Shown: in pieces, positions 39,001 to 48,946 of the stretch
How the letters are laid out: every line of letters begins with the position of its first letter
How positions within the stretch are numbered: the first letter of the stretch is position 1
Assembly (NCBI RefSeq): GCF_964188315.1
Contig: NC_135668.1
Location: 30,008,001 to 30,072,000, forward strand
From: Podarcis muralis
Lineage: Eukaryota
Length of the DNA: 64,000 nucleotides
Reading direction: 5' to 3'
Program-made: the position numbers and the translations under genes
The notes under the pieces: model-generated
Told to the model about the DNA's origin: nothing
The model's input: only the letters and a program-made list of their open reading frames with translations
Databases searched by the model: none

Positions 39001-41863
39001 AAATCCCACCTCTTCTCCCTGGAGCTCAAGGTGGCTTAAATGCTTCTCCTCCTCTTCATTTAATCCCCACAACCACCCTGTAAGGTAGGCTAGGCTGAGA
39101 GATTGTGATGGGCCCAAGGTTACCCAGTAACCTTGGCCAAGTGGGGATTTTGAACCCTAGTCTCCTGACTCTCTAACCCAGGAGTCAGCAAACTTTTTCA
39201 GCAGGAGGCCAGTCCACTGTCCCTCAGACCTTGTGGGAGGGCCGGACTATATATTTTTTAAAAAGTGAACGAATTCCTGTGCTCCACAAATAACCCAGAG
39301 ATGCATTTTAAATAAAAGCACACATTCTACTCATGTAAAAACATGTTGATTCCCAGAGTGTCTGCAGGCTGGATTTAGAAGACACTTGGGCCAGATCCGG
39401 CCCCCGGGCCTTAGTTTGCTTACCCATGCTCTAACCACTACACCATCCTTTACTGCAAGTGTAATCCCAGACTGTCTTACAAATAAAAGTGAACCCAGTT
39501 ACACCCTCAAAGGACTCAAAACAAGGCAGGTGTTTCCAAATAGGCTGCCAGGGAAAATTCTTCTGGGCATCCTGGGCCTCTGCTCTGTAACGTAATACAA
39601 CTTGGGACCAAGCTAGATGTGAGCATCTGGGATGCAGGATCTTGCCTCCTCCCATTGGGTGGGTGGATGGGGAGGGAAGTACAATTTGCATCTAGCTACA
39701 TCTCTTTTGACCCCAAGTCTAACCGTCTTCCACCAAACCTGTCTCAAGTCCAAAATTAAAAGCCCATTAGATGTCCTTCCTGCCACACTGTGGCTTTTCT
39801 AGGCCCGGCTCTTGCAACTTGGCATGACAGCACCACCCCTCACCCCTCCCTCCCTCCCTTTCTCTCCCTGCCAGGGCGACGTTGGGGGTGAGCGGGTTCT
39901 CCAGAGGCGGTGGACGACCTTCCTGAAGGCCCAGCTGCTGTGCTCACACCCCGAGGACGGCTTCCCCTTCAACGTGCTGCAGGACATGTTTGTGCTCACC
40001 CCAGGCGAGAGCTTGGCAGAGACCGTCTTCTACGGGGTCTTCACCTCTCAGTGGTGAGCAGTGAGAGGAGGCTGCCTTTGTGGGCTGCCAGGTTCTCTTG
40101 GCAGAGGGCACTTGGTGCATGCCCCATTACTTCTGCATGCCTGTGGGTCCTTGACTGCCCCAGTTATATATTTATTGTCAATTTTTATTCATTTTTCAAA
40201 TGTATAACACATCAACGCCAAATTAAAACCAATACATTCCCCCCCCCAAAAAAAAACTGGCTTTGCACTCTCTCAGATATTTCCATTTCTTACCCTTTTA
40301 CATGCTGTTTATTTTACAGATTTATCTCTAATTAACACCTATTTTTCTTTAGCAAATTCCTCATCTCTCAGCTGTGCCTTTACCAGCTCCTGCATATAGA
40401 TCAAACAAAATTATATCAAATGAGAAATGAGGTTATAGTAGTTTAAATCTTTCATTCGTCTTTCTCAACTGTCCCATCCTTGACCCTCCTTCTCCTTCCT
40501 CCTCTTTCCCAGGGATAGGAAGGGCGCTGGGGGTGCTGCAGTCTGTGCCTTCTCCATGGCAGATGTGGAGGAAGCCTTCAGTGGGCTGTACAAGGAAGTC
40601 AACCGGGAGACCCAACAGTGGTACACGGACACCCACCCTGTGCCGGAGCCCCGGCCTGGAGCGGTATGTCCGTCACCCAGCAACCAGCTCCATGGGCTTG
40701 GGGGCGGGAAGGCCTTGGGACTGATGCTGGTGGGTCTGCCTGCCCTCCACCTTGAAGGCTACTAGGCTGCCTTCGGCTTTTGCCTGAGATCCTGCAGAGG
40801 GTAGGGGCTGCCAGAGTCCAGTGCTGGGCAACTTAAGCTGCTGCCATGCACCCCTTCGCTTCAAGATGGCTCTTTCCTTTTAATCCCCCTGCCCACAGTG
40901 CATTAACAGCCAGGCCCGGCGGATGAAGATCACCTCCTCACTCCAGTTGCCTGACCGGGTGCTCAACTACCTCAAGGACCACTTCCTGATGAGCAGCCCC
41001 ATTCGGAGCCAGCCACTCTTCCTCCTGCAGGGTCATGCCCGCTACCAGCAGATCAGCGTCCAGCGTGTCCAAGGCCTGCACCGGGCCCACGATGTCTTGT
41101 TCTTGGGCACAGGTGGGTGGTGGCAGCGGCGGCTGGGAGGAGGGAGGCAGGGGGAGGCCCTCAGGCAGTGGCTGGAAGGATGGACCCTCCAAGGTGCTAG
41201 CTGCCTCTTACCTGCACTTCCTGGATATAATACCGTATTTTTTGCTCTATAAGACTCACTTTTTCCCTCCTAAAAAGTAAGAGGAAATGTGTGTGCGTCT
41301 TATGAAGCAAATGAAGGTTGCACAGCTATCCTAGAAGCCAGAACAGCAAGAGGGATCGCTGCTTTTGCTGTGCAGTGATCCCTCTTATTGTTCTGGCTTC
41401 TGAGATTCAGAATATTTTTTTTCTTGTTTTCCTCCTCCAAAAACTAGGTGCGTCTTATGGTCTGGTGCATCTTATAGAGTGAAAAATACGTATATCCTTA
41501 TTATATATATATGGGACGCGGGTGGCGCTGTGGGTAAAACCTCAGCGCCTAGGACTTGCCGATCGCATGGTCGGCGGTTCGAATCCCCGCGGCGGGGTGT
41601 GCTCCCGTTGCTCGGTCCCAGCGCCTGCCAACCTAGCAGTTCGAAAGCACCCCCGGGTGCAAGTAGATAAATAGGGACCGCTTACTAGCGGGAAGGTAAA
41701 CGGCGTTTCCGTGTGTGGCTCTGGCTCGCCAGAGTAGCTTCGTCATGCTGGCCACGTGACCCGGAAGTGTCTGCAGACAGCGCTGGCTCCCGGCCTAGAG
41801 AGAGATGAGCGCACAACCCTAGAGTCTGTCAAGACTGGCCCGTACGGGCAGGGGTACCTTTAC

Positions 41864-41912
<49 letters not shown>

Positions 41913-44900
41913 CTTTCGTAGATTTTCACGGGTACAGGAATGCAGGTTTTGGTGTCCTCGGGTGTCTTCCCGTGTAAAAGTTGGGGTGTCTAGGCGACGT
42001 TTCGACGAGGTCTCACTCGTCATCTTCAGGCTGGTGCTTTCGGCTTCTTGTTACTGGAACAGAGCAGGATCTCAGTGTTTGAGTTCCTATAAATACTGTT
42101 GAGGAGGTGTGGTGTATAGCCTCCAATGTTCTGGGCAGAGAGGAAGTTCCCAGGCTAGTGTGCCTTTTCTTCTTTTGTTCCTTAATTGCTTGAGGGATAT
42201 CTTGAGTGATTTCTTGAGTGATATCCTGAGTACCACTTAGGTGGGTCATTAGGTGTGGATTAGTTGCTAAAGCCTTTGTGTCTTGACCTCTTGAACTTTG
42301 TGAAGAGTTTTTCTGAGAAGATGGCTGTACTGCACTTAGTTGTGCTCTGGCTTGGAACATCACCACAAGAGAATAATCATGGAAGCCATCGAGATAGAGA
42401 AACACCCTCACAACATGAACAAGCGTGACGACACATCCCGCTTGCCAGACATCTGGAAATTAGCCCTCCCCACAAAAACTGACACCAGATCCAGAGGCAC
42501 ACAGAACGCCATCACCAATCAACCACACCAGACCCAAACCCAGACCCTCTCCACAGATAAATTACAGATACCATCCAGTAGCCAAACCATGGTGGCACCT
42601 CCGGATGCTGCACCCCCCTGCAATCCCTACACAGATCTGGCTGGCACAGGCCACAAAACCACAGCTCGCCCCTATACACGAAGCCAAGCCAGAGCACAAC
42701 TAAGTGCAGTACTGCCATCTTCTCAGAAAAACTCTTCACAAAGTTCAAGAGGTCAAGACACAAAGGCTTTAGCAACTAATCCACACCTAATGACCCACCT
42801 AAGTGGTACTCAGGATATCACTCAAGAAATCACTCAAGATATCCCTCAAGCAATTAAGGAACAAAAGAAGAAAAGGCACACTAGCCTGGGAACTTCCTCT
42901 CTGCCCAGAACATTGGAGGCTATACACCACACCTCCTCAACAGTATTTATAGGAACTCAAACACTGAGATCCTGCTCTGTTCCAGTAACAAGAAGCCGAA
43001 AGCACCAGCCTGAAGATGACGAGTGAGACCTCGTCGAAACGTCGCCTAGACACCCCAACTTTTACACGGGAAGACANNNNNNNNNNNNNNNNNNNNNNNN
43101 NNNNNNNNNNNNNNNNNNNNNNNNNNNNNNNNNNNNNNNNNNNNNNNNNNNNNNNNNNNNNNNNNNNNNNNNNNNNNNNNNNNNNNNNNNNNNNNNNNNN
43201 NNNNNNNCAGCCACTCGGAGTGGCTTGCAGCACATAAAAATTGTAAAACACCAAACATTAACATTTCCCGATACAAGGCTGCCTTCAGATGTCTTCTAGA
43301 AGTCAGATAGTTGTTTATTTCCTTGGCATCTGATGGGAGGGTGTTCCGCAGGGCGGGCGCCACTACCGAGAAAGTCCTCTGCCTTCCATGGCTACCAGCC
43401 ATGATGGGTATGTGCTGCTTCCACGGTCAGAGGCAGCAATGCTTCTGCATGCCAGTGGCTGGAAACCGTAGGAGGGGAGAGGGCTCTTGTGCTCAGGTCC
43501 TGCTTCTGGGTTTCCCACAATGGGCATCTGGTTTGCTCTGTGAACACAGCAGGCCGGACTGGATGGGCCATTGGCTTGATCCTGCAGGTCTCTCCTTATG
43601 TTCCTCCTCTCAACCAGCTTAGATTTTCTCTTGGAAACTTGCTCCAAGCGTCCTTAGAGAGGAGGCATCCTGAGTACTCTTTGGAGGCGCCCCGGGCTGC
43701 CCCCTTTCTTGACATTCAGTTCTATCCTGCCTATCATGGAACCCAAGGGAGCAGGCACCTGGCTTTCAGGGGGTCCCCCACCCGCCCTGACCAGGCTTGG
43801 GCCTGCTTATCTTCAGCAAGGTGGTGGTAGTGACCTCCTTCGCCTTCTCCATTGCCTGCGCTGCTGTGGCTGCCCTGTGGCAGGTGGGAGAGACCTGTTT
43901 AGGGAAGTTTTTAATGTTTGATGTTTTATTATTGTATTTTTAATATTTTGTTGGAAGCTGCCCAGAGTGGCTGGGGAAACCCAGCCAGATGGGTGGGGAA
44001 TAAATTATCATCATCATCATTTATTACACTCATTCTACAGCTGGCTTCTTTGTTCTTGCTGCTGCCTTCAAAATTTTCCCTGTTTCAATTTGTTTCAATT
44101 TCCCTGTTTCAATTTGTTATGATACTTTAAGACGCCTAGTGAGGGGTCTGGATCAGGCCCAAAAAGGTGGGGGAGGAATTAGAGACTATGCTGAATTTAA
44201 AAGTGGGAGAGGTCAGTGGGAGAGTGTCACAGAGTGAGGCACATCTTGTCTTAAATGCTGTTGACAGGATAGCCCAGGGTTTCCCAAACTTGGGTCTCCA
44301 GCTGCTTTTTGGACTACAACCCCCATCATCCCTAGCTAACAGGACCAGCGGTCAGAGGTGATGGGAATTGTAATCCAAAAGCAGCTGGAGACCCAAGTTT
44401 GGGAAACCTTGATCTAGCCCAACCTAAGACCAGCCTGGCCACTAAGGGGAGTCTGTGCCATTTCCACTTACTCAGAATAGCAGGCAGGAAACATGCCCAA
44501 CAGCAGGAGAGAGAGACCAGGCTTTCAGGTGTCTGGGAAAGCTGTTGGCTGCTCTTGGTGTGGACCTCCAGACTTCAAACATGCAGGTTTTGGTTCTCTG
44601 TGGCTGGTCCTGGACAGGTGGGGAGGGAGGTAATGGAGCTCTTCTATGTGGGACTGGCCAGCAGGTGGGAGACAGCTGTTTGCCCTGGCCCTCATCACTG
44701 GGTTCCCCTTTCTGCTTTGCAGATGACGGCTGGCTGCACAAGGCCGTGGTGATGGAGCAGCAGGTCCAGATCATTGAAGAGATCCAGCTCTTCCCTGCTG
44801 GGCAGCCTGTCCTCAAGCTGCTTCTGGACCCCGCCCAGGTAAGACACAGGGGCATCCTGGGAAACTCCTGCCAGCATCCTCATCAGAAGAGGGAAGCCAT

Positions 44901-46656
44901 CTCCACAAGAGAAGGAAGTGGCCAGTCTAGGGATTGTGTGCCTTCCAGGAGGACTCAGCCCTGAGCTTCAAAGCGAGGGTTCCCTCCTCAGTGGCTGCTG
45001 TAGATCCAACCTTGCCTTGATCTGCATGGGCACCTGGGGTCTCTGGAGGGAAAGGTGTGCCATATCTTGCCTCCACTCCTTCCCAGAAACGTTGTTCGGT
45101 GCTAGCCTGGACTCAGGCAGATACTTCTGAACCAACAGGGACCCCCTTAGCTAGGCACAGAGGGCAGGACAAGGGCTGGTTTTGAGAGCTTCTGTTCCCT
45201 GGTGGCCAGCTGCTCTGCCCACAGGGGTCAGGTGCTGCATGACTGGCTTGTGGCCGCTGGAGACCCTCTGACAGGTGACCTACAGGGGGCACGGTGGGTG
45301 TGCTCTGTGGAACGAGCCTGACTTAGCTCCTCCTGTCCTCCCCGCAGGGCCTCCTTTACGCTGCCTCCTACACTGCGCTCGTCCAAGTGCCGCTCTCCAA
45401 CTGCAGCATGTACCGGACCTGTGCCGAATGCATCCTGTCTCGGGACCCCTTCTGCATCTGGAGCGGAGGGGCCTGCATTCCGCTTCTCCCAGACCGCTCA
45501 TGGCCCCATGCAGGGTGAGTGCTTCTTCCACCAGGCTTAAGTGGGGATGGCCATCTCCTTCCTCCCCCTCCCCCTCAACCCATGAGTGGCCTCTGCCCCC
45601 TCCCTCCTTGCCTCTCCCTTCACCATTGCTGCCTCCATCTCTCACCAGGCCCAGCGGGCTTCAGGACATCGAAGGGGCTGATGCCACTCAGCTTTGCCAG
45701 ACGGGCAATGGGCAGCCCAGCCACTCAGCCACAGGTAAAGACCAAAGCTGGGGTGGGGGCTTTGAGAACTCTGGGAACAAAAGAGGGTCTCCTGGGCTCG
45801 GCTGCCTGGCAGCCTCCCTGTGGCACCCAGGGCCTGACTGGTGGGTGTCCCTTCTCTCCCGTCTGCAGAAGAGCCCCCGTGCCAGGCAGTGGTGATCTTG
45901 GGCTCCAGCGCTGTGCAGACGCTCCCTTGCCCGCAGCTCTCCAACCTGGCTTCTCGGCACTGGCTGCACAATGGGGTTGCCATCAACACCTCGGCTGTCC
46001 TGGTGCTTCCCAAAGGGGAGCTGGTGCTGATGGGCAGCCCGGCCCAGGCGGGACGCTATGACTGCTGGTCGCAGGAGGGTGGCTTCCGGCAGCTGATGGC
46101 CAGTTACTGCGTGCGGGTCGAGCCCACGCTGGGAGCCCGGATCGTGCCCCTCCAGAACCCCCTGGAGACCATCAGCACCTCCAGGAGCGTCTCAGCGGCA
46201 GCCGCAGGGAGTAGCATGTCAGCTCTGCTGGAGGGCAAGACCTACTGGACAGAGTTCTTGGTGATGTGCGTGGCCTTTGCCGTCACCGTGACGCTCCTGA
46301 CCCTCTTTGTGCTGCACCGGCACCGCAACGCCGTGAAGACCTTCCTCAAGCAGGGCAAGTGCACCAGCGCCCATCCCAAGAAACCCTGCAAGATGGGGCT
46401 TCCCGCAGAGAACTTGCCCCTCAACGGGGCCCATACGCCCAGTGCCATCCTAGACCACAAGGGCTACCAGGCCCTCCACGACAGCCACGCGGCCAACACG
46501 CCTCTGCATGCCGCTCCGGCGGCGCAGCCCAGCGTGGCCTTCTTGGAGTCCGACCGACGCCCACTCAGCGTCCACGAAAGCGTCGTGGAGGTGTTGACTC
46601 CCACCCAGCGGCCGCGTGTGCGCCTCGGCTCCGAGATCCGGGACTCGGTCGTATGA
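20643..46656 (+). CDS. SEMA4B: Semaphorin-4B (834 aa, 14 coding exons)
   Basis: Exons 20643-20736, 34971-35131, 35957-36019, 36199-36297, 37067-37178, 37452-37568, 38294-38451, 39875-40053, 40513-40663, 40899-41112, 44723-44838, 45348-45514, 45649-45734, 45869-46656. Total 2505 nt, all GT-AG, frame continuous. Signal peptide, Sema domain ([24 protein letters not shown]), PSI, Ig, TM helix and C-terminal PDZ motif EIRDSVV. Confidence 0.97.
24561..24797. mobile_element. Tc1/mariner-type MITE
   Basis: TIR CAGTGGTACCT...AGGTACCACTG with TA on both sides (24559-24560, 24798-24799); second copy at 28780-29003. Confidence 0.85.
26490..26704 (-). mobile_element. hAT MITE (empty member of the family that carries the CRPPA cargo)
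   Basis: Ends CAAGGATCAGCAAAC...GTTTGCCTACTCATG; TSD ATCTAGCT / ATCTAGCC (7 of 8 match). Confidence 0.85.
27249..27310. repeat. (CTT)n/(CCT)n microsatellite, tail of an L2 fragment
   Basis: TTCTTCTTCCTCCTCC...CTTCTTCTTC directly abutting an L2 3' end on the minus strand. Confidence 0.8.
28780..29003. mobile_element. Tc1/mariner-type MITE
   Basis: Same TIR (CAGTGGTACCTCG...CGAGGTACCACTG) and internal sequence as 24561-24797; TA TSD. Confidence 0.85.
30990..31440 (-). mobile_element. Decayed L1 3' fragment
   Basis: AT-rich; minus strand reads ...[32 protein letters not shown], an L1 ORF2 C-terminus-like sequence. Confidence 0.6.
32750..33100. mobile_element. hAT (Charlie-like) non-autonomous element
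   Basis: TIR CAGTGGTTTCCAAA / TTTGGAAATCACTG; 8-bp flanks CTTTAATT and CTCTAGTT (6 of 8 match). Confidence 0.7.
38088..38285 (+). mobile_element. Squam3-like SINE
   Basis: tRNA-like head (GCAGCTCAGCAGCAGAGCATCTG), body CCTGCCTGAAACCCTGGAGAGCTGCTGCC, tail TTCCTATGTTCCTATG ending 8 nt before SEMA4B exon 7. Confidence 0.75.
39179..39428 (-). mobile_element. hAT MITE, 250 bp (empty member of the CRPPA-carrying family)
   Basis: Ends CAGGAGTCAGCAAAC...GTTTGCTTACCCATG; perfect 8-bp TSD CTCTAACC at 39171-39178 and 39429-39436. Confidence 0.9.
41233..41490. mobile_element. TA-TSD TIR MITE (Tc1/mariner superfamily)
   Basis: Left end TA-CCGTATTTTTTGCTCTATAAGAC and right end CATCTTATAGAGTGAAAAATACG-TA are near-inverted repeats. 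Confidence 0.7.
41513..41868 (+). mobile_element. Sauria SINE, full length
   Basis: Starts GGGACGCGGGTGGCGCTGTGGG, B-box GGTTCGAATCC, 3' end GGGGTACCTTTACCTTTA; sits in a TA-rich tract. Confidence 0.9.
41868..41909. repeat. (TA)n microsatellite
   Basis: About 20 TA units between the Sauria SINE and the Penelope-like element. Confidence 0.9.
41909..43076 (+). mobile_element. Penelope-like retroelement 3' part with inverted terminal copy
   Basis: 42356-43026 encodes [37 protein letters not shown] (GIY-YIG endonuclease C-terminus typical of PLEs) and runs on to HQPEDDE*. 41963-42355 is the reverse complement of 42684-43076. The right end runs into the N gap. Confidence 0.88.
43005..43050 (+). 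ncRNA. Minimal hammerhead-ribozyme-like motif in the PLE (mirror copy at 41989-42034, minus strand)
   Basis: CTGAAGA-T-GACGAG-tgagac-CTCGTC-GAAAC-GTC: core boxes, 6-bp stem II, palindromic ACGT stem III. One extra U after the core and only 2 WC pairs in stem I. Confidence 0.55.
43077..43207. other. Assembly gap (131 N)
   Basis: Run of n. Confidence 1.
44275..44411. mobile_element. Palindromic MITE (hAT-like)
   Basis: CAGGGTTTCCCAAACTTGGGTCTCCAGCTG...CAGCTGGAGACCCAAGTTTGGGAAACCTTG, with internal GGACTACAACCCCCATCA / GATGGGAATTGTAATCC inverted core. Decayed relatives at about 200-345, 12255-12340, 21150-21240, 30225-30310, 36420-36545, 54640-54745 and 58520-58590. Confidence 0.8.
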
Positions 46657-48116
46657 GCCACATTGTTGCATCCACAGACCCTGCTGTGCTGAGCCTTCCG
46701 AGGAACCAGGAGCTCCTGGTGCCCCTGCCCAAACCAGAACTGCCCTACAGACTGTGAACGGACAGAAGAGGCCCTGCGGTGTTGGGCACTTGGGCCGCGT
46801 CCTCTCGCCCTGCGCTGGGGCACCTGTGTGTCTCTGCGCTGCCCTGGACTCCTTGCAGACAACGACCGGAACCTGCAGAGACCAGAGCGGGCACTCCTAA
46901 GCATTGAGGAGCAGGGGTGGCCTGCTCTCTGGCTGCTGCAAGGATGCTCAGCTGGGCAGAAGGGGAGACACTTTGGCCCGGGCTGTCGTCCTAGGTCAGA
47001 GGAGCCAGACCCAAGCCCCACTGGGCTGGGGCAGGACAAAAGACTGCAAGGAGGCTGCAGAAGGAGGCCCTGTCCTTGGCCTGCCCAGTTCCTGCACTTC
47101 CTTCCAAAGAGAGCACCCTCTGGGCCAAGGAGTGGCACCAGCGAGCTCTCTCAATGGGTGGGTGTGTTGTGTTGTGTGCATGGGGTGGAGTCTGGCTTCT
47201 CGTGAACTCTGTGGGGTTAGGGGGAGAACCTGTTGAATGTTTAGGGTGTTTGCTTGGTATGTGGCAGTGTGAGAGTGGGGCTCAGGTGCCATGTTGCGAG
47301 GGGGGAGCGACACATGCCCACCAAACACAGATACCAGCCTGCCCTTCTGACTCTTGCGCACTCTAGGTTTGGCTGTCACCCACTGTGAATTCTGCTGGGC
47401 TCCATCACAGAGCTGCCTCCTGCCCGGGCCAGGTATGTGGAAGGGCAGGCCCTGGCTTGGCCACTCGCAACAGCAGCCCCAGTGCACCCCCACGCTTCCC
47501 ACAAGTGCACTTGCACAAGCCTTGTGTGTTGATTGTGTTTATTTTTACATAAAAGTTGATGTCTCCTTTGACAATGGCTTGAGCCTGACCTCTCTCGACG
47601 CTGCCCAGCCTTCTCACAGCAGCCAAGGCTCCCTGATCCCTGCCTCTCGATCCTCCCTGGCAGCTCTGGGGGCAGGGTGTGTGCTTTGGAGCCTCCAGGT
47701 CCCACCAACATCTCTGTGTGCCCCTTGAGCGCTGGGAGCTGTGGCATATACCTATGGGCAAAGCCTCAGCCTCTACCATCAGGGGAATCTGGGTAGAATG
47801 TCTGCTGCTGCTGCCCCTGTGGGCCACGCAGCAATCCTCCCCACCCCCACCCCCTGTCTCTTTCTGGCTGCATGACAAGAAGTGGTTCTGAATGGGGCAA
47901 GGATCAAAGGGTAGAAGGAAACAAGAGGCGGAAGGAGCAGCGGCCCTGTTGGAGGAGGCAGTAGAGGAGCTTGCTCCAGCAGCCTTTCCCACTCTTGTCA
48001 TGAGGGGCCGATGCAGTCACTTCTCCTTCCACTCTGCCAACCTGGGCTTCGTCCTCTCTCCGCTGCAGGGGTAAACAAAAGCAGGCCAGGGGACTTATAG
48101 GTGCCAGGTCCTGAGT

Positions 48117-48122
48117 TTTATT
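48117..48122 (-). terminator. Candidate polyadenylation signal of CIB1
   Basis: First AATAAA I found on the minus strand downstream of the CIB1 stop (about 830 nt). Confidence 0.45.
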
Positions 48123-48946
48123 AGTAGCAGTGTAGAAACAAGATCACAACAGGTTTTGTAAAAAGAGGGTGGAGATTTAAGGCTTTCAGAAACAGCCACC
48201 AGCCTCGGGATTGCAATTGCGCCCCCAACCCCCCAACCCCGCCAGCTCAAATAACTGGCCAGAAAATTCAGATCCAACACACCAACCCAACCTGCCAATA
48301 TCACAAGTGGGCCAGCAGTGGGGACTGTACTTGTCTTTGCACCAACGGCTCTCCCGACAGCTGATCTCCAAGTGGGGAAGGTGAGAAGCTGGAAAGAGTT
48401 TGCAAAGGAGTGGGCAATCGTTAGGAGCTGCTGTCCGTTTCCCAGGGTGCAAAAGCCAGTCCAGGGCCCACAAAGAGACAGGCAGAGTTGGAGGCAGTCC
48501 CTGCTGCGGCAAAGGCACGGAGTCGGTGGGAATGTCAGTGTAGGTACAGCAGCGCCAGGGAATAATGATCGTCGTCGCCCAGGATAGAAACCTCCTTGGA
48601 GTGTGACTTCCCTGCTGCAGGTGAGAAGAGTCCTGTGCTCAGCACTCAGCCGGGGTCTTCCCTGTCCCAGGCTGCAGTGAAGCAAGAAGTCAGAGTACAG
48701 ACCATGGCTCTCAGCATGCCTTGCTCCACATCCATCTCCTCAAGAACAGTAGTGTGGGGGATGAGGCTCAAAGACACCCCACCCTGTCAAGAGCCTGGTT
48801 GCTGTCTGGACCTAGAGCTTGGGTGGGGTTGCAAGGCAGGATCTTCCCCTTGGCACAGCTGTTCTCGGGTGGCTAGAAAGAGGTGGTTTGTTCCCTCTGT
48901 AGAGAGATGGAGGCATCTTCCAGCGGGAGGGAGAAGTAGGGAGGAA

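Noticed and set aside
41513-41600. tRNA-like A/B boxes
   Set aside because: Head of a Sauria SINE; no cloverleaf. No true tRNA or rRNA gene was found in the window.
42013-42411. 132-aa minus ORF nearly identical to the end of the 228-aa plus ORF
   Set aside because: This is the inverted copy of the Penelope terminus, not a separate gene.
44078-44120. Short tandem TTTCAATTTG/CCCTG repeats
   Set aside because: Small local duplication with no spacers; not CRISPR-like, and this is vertebrate DNA.
47548-47553. CATAAA as the SEMA4B poly(A) signal
   Set aside because: Non-canonical hexamer; plausible but cannot be supported without 3'-end data.
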